A stretch of 52,595 nt of DNA, the filler included, from Bipalium vagum (lineage: Eukaryota), in the NCBI GenBank assembly GCA_037834085.1. It is 3 parts of 3 records of this genome, joined end to end, with 100 filler letters (N's around TTAATTAATTAA, not from the genome) between each part and the next. Parts side by side here need not be neighbours in the genome. Positions count along the whole stretch, not along the records: positions 36,483 to 52,595 come from JBBMKC010126280.1; 2 more parts are not named here. One strand, given 5' to 3'. Of the stretch, positions 36,695 through 48,240 are shown piece by piece. Both the position numbers and the translations under genes were made by a program. Under the pieces are notes generated by a model, which was given only the letters and a program-made list of their open reading frames with translations, ran no database searches and was not told the DNA's origin. How positions within the stretch are numbered: position 1 is the stretch's first letter; each line of letters opens with the position of its first letter.

Positions 36695-38132
36695 ATCGCA
36701 TCCCACGGACGTATTAGAAAAAGGACTGATACCGCATTTGCCGATTTTTAATAAAGAGATCAGTCCAGATTTACGGATACCGAACCTGTTCCCAAAAGAT
36801 ATTTTCTTCAAATCCAAGTATGATTATGAATTCAGTATTCGAACTATGCTTAAAATATCCCACCAATAGGTTATCGGTGAGCAACCGTTAGGGCTCAGAC
36901 GATAACTAGGGAGTTTTAGCGAAAAATAAACTATAAGATTTTTCCTTTTTCTTTTTGTTTTATCTTATTATTTTATTTTAAGTAAACATTAATATTGATT
37001 AACATAGTGTATAAGTAATATTTTGTTTTAATTAGACTTTGAATTAAACATTATATTTTAATTACTGTTTGATATTAAAGCAACTTATTATTCTATTAGT
37101 TCATTTGATTTTATTGTTGTTCGATTATATTTTATTTTTGAGAAGTAGCTTGATTATGAAAATTTTCAGACATTAACTGTGATCCCAGACTTTTGATTAT
37201 CCTTCTGTATTTTTGTATAGTTTTGTGATTGTATGATATAAATACAATTGTTGCTTTACTGATTGTTATTCTTTGCACCACCTAAGAGTTGGAGTCAGGT
37301 ATAAATTTGATACACTAAATAGTGAATATATGAATAAATATGTTTTTATGTTATTTATTTCAGTATTAGTTAGCAAAAATTTATTAATATAATAATTTAT
37401 AATGCTTAAAATTGTTTAATAATTTTTTTGGGATCAGCCTGGAACTTTTTCCAAAAATAACATTGTTTATAAATCAAAACTATTAAGTCCATCATATTTT
37501 CAAATTCTCATTAAGTAACACAAATTTAATTTTTTATACCTTACTGAATTCAGTTTTAATATGTGAGTATTTTATATTCTTAAATGGTCATCATAAATTC
37601 AAGTTTTTGTTCAAATAATTATTTGTGGTTCATTGTATTATATTGAGATTATGCTCTTCAAACTTTCAAATACTCTATCAATAATTGCAATTAATCTCAT
37701 AGTAATTTATTCTTTAAAATAAAAACCAAATGCAATTAATTTTTTAAAAATTAAGGTAGCTTGTTTTAGTATTAATTTTTTCATAATCATTAATGTTATT
37801 AAATACTTTGACTAAGACATTATTTCATTAATCTTTAAATATAATTTTTTTTGTTTTCAAACAAATCAATGTTAAAAAATAACTTTTATTCTAGTATTAA
37901 AATAGACTGTTAAATTTTAAAAGATCGTGGCGTTAAATAAAGAGTACATGATAAATAAATTTTTTTATAATATGTACATATTCAAAATATTTTTGTTTAT
38001 TTAATACTAATTTGTTTATAAAAATATTTTCAATTATAAAATTCAATATTTATTTTAATTTAGCTTAATTTAGCCTAATCTAACCAGTGTTATTTATAAA
38101 TTTCAGAATAATTTATTTTTGGTATAGTTTTG

Positions 38133-39892
38133 ATGGAAATAAGTCCTTATAACTGTAATTCACAATCTCCACATCAGCCTAATTTATATACCAACTTGTG
38201 CATTATTTTACAAGCAATTCAATGTTATATTAATGAAAGTATTTGCAATCATCACAATTGTGGTCTTCTGATTATTCTGTTTAAACACATAAAAAGTTGT
38301 GATCAAGCCGAAGAATGCGATTTTCAAAAATGCTTTCAAACAATTCGACTCATGAAACATTATTTAAATTGTAATAACAAAGTTTGCGTTTGCTCAAAAT
38401 TCGGTATTAAATCACAAGATAATCGAATATTCTTTATGATCAAGGATATTTTATTACGGAATCAATTTTTTATATGGCGTAGGAAAATCAACCCGTTTCG
38501 GCCGCATTTACTTGCAAACATATCAAATTATTTGGCTCGTTTAACCGACGAATCGAACCGTGACATGATATTGAAGAGTTTGAGCAATTTTGACAATGAG
38601 AACTTTGAAAAAGCCAAAGGGATGTCTGCCTATTTAACGAACTTTTCCATGAATGCCAATCACATCTTGACGAAAATATTGATCAATCAAATGTTGAAAG
38701 AAGACGGAACTGAGATCGATATTGAGAAGTGCAAAAAGCGGGTGGATGACAGCGGAAACTTGAAAAAGATCTACAATTATCTGAAACTTTATTCGACAAA
38801 CGTTTTGCAAAATAAAATCAAACTGGTCAGGAACGGTGTTGGAGAACAGGAGAATCATCATCATCGAGTGCAACCAATCAATTCTATGACTCAAAGTGAA
38901 AATTATGGGACTCCAATGGCATCTGATGATCAAGAGGATGATTCGAAAAGCAGAAATGTAAAGGAAGAAGAGGAAGAGGTTGTAGAGAAAGATGATCATG
39001 TAAAATTTGAATCGATCGAAGAGAATCGCGGCAAGACAAAAATAGATATACCCAATCCCGAGTCTATGGAAATAATCGATAATTATAATAATGGAAATCC
39101 TGTAAAACCAGATAAGGAGTTCAAAATAGAATCTACAAACAAGCACATTGAGATCAATGAACGGAAAACGTGGACCCAGTCAGAACTTGAGGAACTATTT
39201 GAACCCTTGCACGCAAAATTATGCTTGGAAAAAGACGCTGATGTATTCCGTGTTCCGGTAGATTGGAGACTACTAGAGATTCCTGATTATCCGCGAATAA
39301 TCACTCGCCCAATGGATTTGTCAACAATTCGAAAGAAGCTAAGGGGCGATTTCGATCATGACCCCGTCGATGAATGTAAAATCTATCACGATGAAGACGG
39401 TGATAAAATTGTTTCAAATCATTCTCCACATTCCACCATTAATGACAATAATAGCAATACCATGAATACTAATACAGTAACTGGTTATCGTGACCCTTGG
39501 AATGTGATCAGTGATTATTGGCTCATGTTTAATAATGCATGGACGTATAACAAAAAGAGTTCTCGTGTCTACAAAATGTGTACCAATTTGGCCACACTGT
39601 TCGGCAATTTGGCCGATGAATTGATGCGTTCCGCTGGATTCTGTTGTGGTCGCGAATATGTTTATGAGCCACAAGTATTGATTTGTTGTACTCCAGAAAT
39701 GTGTATGGTGAACCGCGATGCCGTTTATTATGCGATTGATAACAATGACAGTCGTGACAAGAACGGTATCAGTTCAAGACTCATTCCGGAATTGGGATCA
39801 GACAAGTACGTTTGCTGTGACAAATGTTTTAATGCCGATCCGGTCTCGGATGTCGTTAATTTGATGGTGAGCGAATCCACATCAACTTTGGT
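38133..39892 (+). CDS. CBP: CBP/p300 acetyltransferase, coding exon 1 (TAZ1, KIX-like, bromodomain, RING)
   Basis: FRVPVDWRLLEIPDYPRIITRPMDLSTI, WLMFNNAWTYNKKSSRVYKMC, GFCCGR; ATG at 38133 with an in-frame TAA at 38109; donor GT|GTAAGT at 39892/39893. Confidence 0.95.
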
Positions 39893-40296
39893 GTAAGTTT
39901 GTTAATTTTAACCAATCATTAATTTTATTATTATTCAATTTTTGTATGAATTAAAGTTTTTGAAATTTTTATATTTATAATTATTGATTTTTGTAATCAA
40001 TTATTTAATAATATTAATTTAGATTTTTATCAATTTTATTTAATTATTATTATTATTTTTTCATAAATTTATAATTATTACAAATACAATCAAATCAATT
40101 AATTAATGAAAAGTTATTATTAATAATTATATTATAAAAAATTATTTATTAACTGACTTAATTTTTAAAATATTAATCAATTGAAATTTTTTGTTAAATT
40201 TTCAAGTGATAATTGATAATAAAATAAACTATTCAATATTTAATAATGAAAATATTGATATTTAATTTCTTATTTAACTATTTATATATTTTTCAG

Positions 40297-41088
40297 TCCT
40301 GTATCGAAATCGATTTTTTTGAAGCTGAAAAATAACGTGAAGGAACCTGAAGAATTTGTTTATTGTCGAAGATGTAACAGAAATTGGCACCAGGTTTGTG
40401 CTGGTCATTTGGATGAGATCTGGAGCAGCGGATTCTGTTGTCCGACATGTGATATGAAACGTGCCTATCGACGCCCAAAGAACGTTTTGACCTCGTCAAA
40501 TTTGCCTCAGTGTGATCTCAGTTGGCACATGGAAACAAAAATCGACCAGTGGAGACAAAGTCAAACGGATAGAGTTCCGAAAATAACCATTCGAGTGTTG
40601 TCTGTGTCGAAGAAGACTTGTGATATCAAACCAGAAATGAAACGAATTTTCGTTGAGAACGGTGAAATGCCCGAATCACTGCCGTACAAATTGAAAGCGA
40701 TTTTCGTTTTCCAACAACAAACGCTGGCACAACAAAAAGCTTGGGTAACCGGGAAACAAGATGAATCTGAAAACAACACGAACAGCGATGAGTCGTCGGA
40801 GATTTGTTTGTTTGGTATGCACACCCAAGAATATGGTGCGGACTGTCCCTATCCGAACTCGAGACGCGTTTACCTGGCTTATTTGGACTCGGTCAATTTC
40901 TTTGAACCGAGAAACCTCCGAACGGAATTCTATCATCGATTATTAATGTCGTATCTGGAGTATTGTCGACAAATCGGATTTATGTATGCCCATATTTGGG
41001 CCTGTCCACCGGCCGAAGGAGATGATTACATTTTCCATATGCATCCACCAAATCAGAAAGTACCAAAACCAAAGCGTCTTCAAGAATG
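40297..41088 (+). CDS. CBP: CBP/p300, coding exon 2 (PHD, HAT N-terminal half)
   Basis: ttttcag acceptor in matching phase; CRRCNRNWHQVC, FGMHTQEYG, VYLAYLDSV, HIWACPPAEGDDYIFH, PKPKRLQEW; donor TG|GTAAGA. Confidence 0.97.
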
Positions 41089-41304
41089 GTAAGATATTCT
41101 TGATATTGAGAATTAAATTATCTATTGATATTTATTTATTTAATCAATTAATTCTTTATTTTAATTTATTTTTAATCAATAATAATATTAAAATTATTGA
41201 TTTTATTATTTTTTATATTTTTTAGAAATTAATCATATTGAACCATTGATTTTACTGTTATTATTATTGATTTTATTTATTGATATTTTTATGAACATTT
41301 TCAG

Positions 41305-44300
41305 GTACATATCAATGCTGGACAAAGCCATAAAAGAAGGAATTGTGCTCGATTATTGTGACATATTTTCGTACGCTTACAATTCTCAGTTTATCAGTGT
41401 TTCTGAATTGCCGTACTTCGAAGGAGATTATTGGCCGACTGTGATTGAAACATTGTTGAAAGAAGAAGAGGAAAACAATTTATTATCGTTGCAACTCGGA
41501 ATCGGCACGGGGCCAGAATTGACTACAAAAATAACTATCAATGAAATTGAGACAGATAAAAACAGTTCGTCTAATGGATCTGTATCTTCTTTTAATAACA
41601 TAAGCCGAAACCATGATAACAGTGTTATCTGTGACAATAACGTTGGAACTGTGCAACATGTGTTGGGTCCGAAGAAAAGAAAGCTGAAAAAGATATCATC
41701 TTCCTCTTCATTGTCATCATCATCTTCGTCCGTTTCCAAAGTCAATGTTGTCAGCACAAAAATAAATAATCAGACTGGAAATCAAAATCAAAACAACAAG
41801 AAAAACAGTTTTTCCAGTTCCACAAAGCGACGACGCCAATCGGAACCGAGTGACGGTTGCCAGGATATCATGAAACGATTGTTTGATTTAATGGAGCGTC
41901 GCAAGGAAAACTTTTTTGTCGTTCGTCTACACAATCATCAATCGGAAAACGACTATTGTCAGGGCAACGATTACGAAAAAGACAAGGACGATATAATCGT
42001 GAACGATGACGGTTTGACGACTGTCAACAGCCTCAGCAATAAAAAGGTCGAAGAGAACAATGACAATGACAAAGGATTAATCAAAAGAATTGGTCTTAGT
42101 GATCTCATGGACGGGCGGGACAAATTTTTGTCGTTGGCTCGCGAAAAACATCTCGAGTTTTCCACTGGTCGTCGAGCGCGTTTCGCTACTCTTGTTCTGT
42201 GTTACGAGTTGCATTTGGAACTGAGACATGGTGTCATTTATTCGTGCAACAATTGTGACAAACTTTTGTTGGACCAGATCCGATTCACATGCTTGCAATG
42301 TGACGAGTATGAATTGTGTGAGTCGTGTGCACTGGAAAAAGTTCATCCGCAGCACGAGCTGCATAGAATACCGACTCGAGCACGGCACCTGGAAACTATG
42401 GATGTTGATGGTGTCGTTGTTACTGTGGAAGCAAGTGACAAAAACAGCGATACCGGAATGGAAAACTCATTAGAGGTGACTGCGACATCACAACTGTTGA
42501 CGGACAAAGACAGAACGCTGACCGAAATCGAAACGCCTGTGGTTACTATTGGTGACGTCAAGTCGAAAGACATTATCAACGTTGCTAATGCTTCAAAAAT
42601 GGAACACTTCCAAATGACTCGAATGGAAGCCGATCCAGTCTCAGTGACCTATGAACGGGTTTTATCCTATGGTAACACCAATAACTGTAGCAACGGAAAT
42701 GGTGTACATTCGACTATTAACTTCACACAACAACAACAACCGACACCGTTGTCGACGGGCACAATGAATTATCAGCATCATTCTTATCATCCCAATGAAT
42801 ATCGTCAAGGACTTTCTTCTTGGCCACTGTCGTCGTCGACATCATCATCATCCGTTATATTATCGCAAATCGATGGAGGGGCTAATGGTGGTGTTGCTTC
42901 TGCTGAAAATATGAAGCGAAATCTGTTGTTCATGGAAATGTTTGATCATGCCTTTACATGCTTGAATGCAAATTGCCGACATGGTAACTGTCACTTTTGG
43001 AAAAAATGGGTTCTTCATTATCGCGAGGCTGCCAAGACTCACGATCCCAAAAAGTGTATGACTTGTTTCCAAATCGCTCGCTTGATCGTCATGCACCGAA
43101 AAACGTGTTGCAACGTCAGCTGTGTCCTACCGTATTGTCCGAAATCAGCAAAACGAGCGCCAGCCAACCAGACACGATTGTGGCAAATGAGTGTTGAACG
43201 ACGTCGGATGGAATCTGCCATGTCCACGAATTCGGTTGTGGTCAATAATAATTTCTCCAATGCTACTTCCAGTTCTAATCACATGGCCACGACGTTATCG
43301 ATGGTACAACAGCGTCACCATCCACATTCTCAGTGCGTGCTTGTTCCACCGACGGGACCATCTCAGATGAATTTACTCTTGACACCACCACCAGCGGCAT
43401 CATCATTGTCAACTGGTCATGCATTGACACCCACGAACTCCATTGATGGTATCAACGGTAATATCCAGTGGGGTGAGGTTGTCACATCTGGAGCAACTAA
43501 TCAGAAAGTTCCCGAAGTCGTTCTTGTAGAACCAAAGAATTTTTCGGCCGATTTGTTTGAGATTCGTTCATTTTTGGATCAGCTTCGACAGAATTCACCT
43601 GGGCTCAATCGAGCGGATCTCAGTCGAAGTTTCTGTAACTTTTTGAACTCTAATCCCCGCTACAAAGACGCATACCGCTATCATTTGTTTATTTCCCGTC
43701 GTGGTCGATCAGTTGTACCGTTATTGCCATCGTCGTCGAGCTCCTCATCGTCGTCTTCATCGTCCGCCTCATACGCCAATATTGTCACCCCTCCAATTTC
43801 TCGATCAAATATCTGTGACGGCCTCAATAATAATAATAATAATCAATTATTACCAGTCCAAACGATAGGAACGCCACCTCAACCACACCCGCAACAGACA
43901 ATCATCAATCAATATTACTCATACCATCAACCCCATTTCCATCAATTCAATCACAAACCATCACCATCCAGTCAGCAACAAATGCCTATGTCAAACACGG
44001 TAACATTAAATAGGAAACCTTTTCATGTCAACAACAACCCTCATTCAATTAATGAAAATGGATGTTTGCAGATGTCACCACAACAACCAACACCACCACC
44101 TCCACTGATCCAACAACCGCTACCAGCACAATCACCATTATTGCAGCCGTTGCCAGGGTCACAAAACAGCTATCAGCGTCATCAGAATCATTTTCCTGGT
44201 CAGCCAATGGGTGCTCAACATCAGGATTTAATACTACAACAGCAAACAAACCAATCATCAATTGCTTTGAATCGAAGAAATTCGAACAATCACGTTCCGA

Positions 44301-44671
44301 TTCAGTACAACCACCAGCCAACACAATCATCACAAGGACAGCAAATGAAGTTTCAAATGCAGCCAATCAGCAATCAGTCAGAAATGCAAATTTTCACCAA
44401 TCAAAATCAGCATTTTTATCACGGTCAACAGAATCACCAGCAGCCAATTAATGTCAACCATTTTGGCCAATCATCGTCATCGGTGGCATCGTCCTCTTCG
44501 GCTGGACAATATTTTATTCTACAAACTACGCGACCAAATGAAAGTCGATCGACTGTGATGCCAGCTCAACAGCAACTCATGTACCATCCAAACGCTCAAT
44601 CGCAACATTCCAATATTGTTGTTACCAATGGAAACAATTGTGCTCAGTTTCATAGTTTTCATCCTACGTAA
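41305..44671 (+). CDS. CBP: CBP/p300, coding exon 3 (HAT C-terminal half, ZZ, TAZ2, NCBD-like, Q/P/S-rich tail)
   Basis: ttttcag|G restores LQEW-YISMLDKA (catalytic Tyr); LPYFEGDYWP, DLMDGRD, ZZ and TAZ2 Cys/His patterns, FLNSNP (NCBD-like). The three exons total 5919 nt = 1972 aa + stop. Confidence 0.96.
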
Positions 44672-45010
44672 CAATAAGGGTTTCTTTCTAGTTCTCTTTT
44701 TTCTCCAATTTCTTTCTCTGTCTCTGCTCCATCCACCAAAGTGTCTTATATTACATTAAATGTGATTAGGGTTGTTATTTTGTCTTGGAATTCCATCGAT
44801 TTTTTTGTGTTTGTGTGTCCTGTACTGCTCACGTCACCGTCGCACTATCGTCTTGCAATTTCAATCTATCTCGCTCTCTCGCTTTCTTTCTCTGTTTATT
44901 TTTCTTATAATTTTTGTTTTGTCAATAATTATTGCGTGAGGGCGATTGTAATCGACCCCTTTAGTGTGATCGATCAGTGACGGTGATTTGTGTGAATTTT
45001 GGTTGCTATG

Positions 45011-45016
45011 AATAAA
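45011..45016 (+). terminator. Likely CBP polyadenylation signal
   Basis: AATAAA at the end of the GC-richer 3'UTR, followed by T/GT-rich sequence. Confidence 0.45.
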
Positions 45017-45519
45017 TTGATTTTTTGATGTCTTTTATTTGCTGCTATGTTATTTTTTTAAATAAATTTTTATTCGTTTTCAAATTTGATTTGTATTAAT
45101 TTTTTATATTTTTTTATAATTAATTATGAATAATAAAAATATGTTTAATTTGAAATCATTTTTATTGTGAACAGATTATCTCTGTTTTTGGCATAATGAA
45201 AAACGTTTTGATATATTAAAAATTTATAATAGTCTAAAAAATATTTTACATAATATTTTTTGTAATTACGCTTTATTTAATTAAATATTTTTTTGAAAAA
45301 ATTTATTTTTCAGATATTAATATTTTTAATACTTAATGACATCAAATTTAATGAAAACGGTTTTTTAAATTGTTTGTACTAAGGTTTGTAAGAAAAAATA
45401 TTTGAATATTTCGTTTATATAATAATTATTAAAATAATAATTTACGTCAATTTAGTTAAATTTTAGTACCTTATGTTTTATAAGGAATATTATGATAAGG
45501 AAAACAATAAAAATAAGTA

Positions 45520-45670
45520 TTAGGTTGGGACAGTTTTTTATGTACTAACCTTAAAACGCTAAAACTTTATTCATCAAAATAATATTGATTTGACTGAACA
45601 CATTGTTGACAACGTGAAACAAGCTTATTTAGTCCTGTAGCATAGAAATCCGGGGTTATGGTGCCGGATT
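45520..45670 (-). mobile_element. mariner 3' end with TIR
   Basis: PDFYATGLNKLVSRCQQCVQSNQYYFDE* followed by a terminus reading ttaggttggga on the + strand. Confidence 0.8.
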
Positions 45671-46549
45671 ATTAAATGAAGTCATTTTAAATAGAATAAT
45701 AAGTAGAAAAAATATTTCTCTTTTATTTATTTTTCAAAATCAATTAAATTCAGATGAAGAAGAAAAATAAAACATCTAGAATATGTTAATATTATACTTT
45801 AACCTTAACTCGTCTGTCAGTAACTTCTCACTTTAATAATGTTGTGATAGTAATTCGATCAAACTCAACTTGAATCAACACTCCCACAACAAAACCTTAT
45901 CTGATTTTTAACTGAATCAAAACATTCACAATAAAACTTTATTATTTGTTGTAACAACAGCCTGATGCAACAACAAAATTCACTCCAACACTCGCAAATC
46001 ATCCAAAGATATGTCCAATACTAGAAAAATGGCTTCAATGTCAAATAATCAAAATCGAGTTAATGGTTAATAATAAACACACAAAAAATGATTGGAATAA
46101 AATCTCTTCCGAGGTTTAATAAAATCTTCTCTATCTTCTGATGATGACCAAATAGAATTCTTCCAACGAAACCAAATAATATCAAATTAATCTAAAATCA
46201 ATTTTCGAAGTTTCCTGAGCATTTTATGGGAATAGCCGTCTCTTTATATTGTCGTGGAGATTGGGCTATGATCATTAATCCCAACGACTCAAAACGGCTA
46301 TTTCAACAATAGCTCATTATTTCTAACTTTGTCTCGGCGTAGATATTTTGAAGGGTAAAAAATATTATTAAAAATCTAACTTAAAATAATATTAATTGCA
46401 GACAAAAAGGAATAACAATAACATTAGGTTCATCATAAGTAGAAACAATTGAAAATTGAAGTACGTCAAATTCTAAAATAAATTTTGTAATGATTAATCA
46501 AAATAATGATGGAGAAATATTTTCATGAATTCCAGATAAAGAAAAAGAA

Positions 46550-48240
46550 GATCCAGCTAACGGTGCTCATTCCGAAAGTTGAAACCCTACTCACGGAAGG
46601 TACTTCCGACCAATATCGATCTGCTCCGTTATTGCACGACTGCTCAATAAGATCCTTGCCAGGCGAATCTCTTCGGGGGCTCAACTGGGGAACGAACAGA
46701 AGGGACTCTTAGCTCTGGACGGTTGCCTTGAAAATATCTCAAAACTGAAAGGTATTATGGAAGGGACAAAGACCGACTCTGGGAGAGTCTATTTTGCGTA
46801 TCTAGATATGAAGAACGCATTTGGATCCGTAAATCATGGGTCGCTCTTCTGGGAGGTGAGGGAAAGAGGTAATTAAGTATGTCACCTGTAATTAAAGTGG
46901 TGCGACAACGGTAGTTAACGGGGTCACAGTAGCGATCAACTGAGAGGTGAAACAGGGAGACCCATTGTCACCAGTCATGTTTAACAACGTCATGGAATCT
47001 GATATTAGTAAGGTTAGAGAGCGCATGTTAGGACCTTTGCTGGGGTAGGTAACTCCAATCCTGGCCTATGCGGACGATATAGTTGTTTTCGGAACGACCG
47101 AACGTGAGCTGGTGGGTAATCTGAATACGTTGGTCGATGAACTTCGGCTCAGCGGACTTCAGTTGAACCCAAAGAAATGCGAAACAATGGGAATTCATGC
47201 GGTTGGCCATACTTGAAAGATGCTGCTCTTAGCGATAAATGTAGGTGATCTGTTGCCCAACATGTCCAGTAAAACGGACACATAAGTATTTGGGTATTCG
47301 ATTCTCTGCGAAGAGTCCAGTCAAAGAGGATTTTATTCGATTGGTCTTGAGGGGTTTAGGTGGGCTGTCAAAGGCTCCGCTGAAGCCTCAACAGAGAATG
47401 TGTATCCTCCGCGATTACCTGATTCCTAAGTTCCAAAATGTTGGGGTGTTGGGATCTGTAACCTCAACTGAGTTGAAAACGCTCGATAAGTAAATGCGGC
47501 GGAAAGTTCGTAAATGGCTGAACTTACCAAGTGATACGACATCAGCGTATATACATGCCAGGGTGACGGATGGTGGTATTGTGGTGCCGTCACTCTTGGC
47601 TATAGTATACTTCGGAAAGGCACGGCGGCTGGTGAATTTGGCTGAGAGCACTGACCCGGCTGTGTGTGCGGCAGGTGACTGTTTGTAGCTTGGTAAGGAG
47701 GTCGCATTGTGGAACGAACCGTTGGTGGTAGGCTCTGACGAAGCTCGATCGATGAACAACTACTGTCGCATTTCTACGTGTATGTTGTATGGGTCGTGGT
47801 ACGGAAAAGGATTGGCGGAGATGAATCGAGTCCCAGGGGTGCATTCGTGGGTCCACGATAGTACCAAACTTATGAGCGGAAAGATTATATTTAAGCGATC
47901 AGGATTCGGGGTACTGCGACAAGAGCATTAAGGGGTAGAGCAAGCTCTAGGAGCCCATACTGTGATAAAGGCTGTGGTGATAAGCTCGAGAGCCTCAACC
48001 ATATACTCCAGGAATTCGATGCTGCAAAAGGCCTGCGTTTCTGGAGGCATAATCGTGTAGTCGATTATGTGGTGGCTCGGGTAAAGCCTTATGCTATCGG
48101 GTCGAGGTCGAACCGAACATCCCTATAACAGCAGTTTTCTAAAGCCGGATATCGTAGCCTTTAAGGATGGTGTTCCTCCTCTCGTTTTAGATGCCCAGAT
48201 TGTAAGTGACTCTAGTTTAATAAACGTGGAGGAAGCTAAT
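46550..48240 (+). mobile_element. Truncated, degenerate R2-clade (RT + restriction-like endonuclease) non-LTR retrotransposon
   Basis: TVLIPK, YLDMKNAFGSVNH, VKQGDPLSPVMFN, LAYADDIV, LNPKKC, KYLGIRF, KAPLKPQQR, VRKWLNLP, CDKGC..ESLNHILQ..RHN, KPDIV, VLDAQIVSD; multiple stops and frameshifts. Confidence 0.92.

Noticed and set aside
41246-41304. Signal-peptide-like N-terminus (MILLLLLLILF) of the 1141-aa ORF
   Set aside because: Intronic T-rich sequence upstream of the acceptor at 41304.
44062-44451. 129-aa Thr/Ala-rich overlapping ORF and the antisense ORFs within CBP
   Set aside because: Shadow frames of Gln/Pro/Ser-rich, GC-richer coding sequence; no independent motifs or signals.
22241-44671. 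Neurexin-CBP functional gene cluster
   Set aside because: The genes are on different contigs separated by an artificial spacer.
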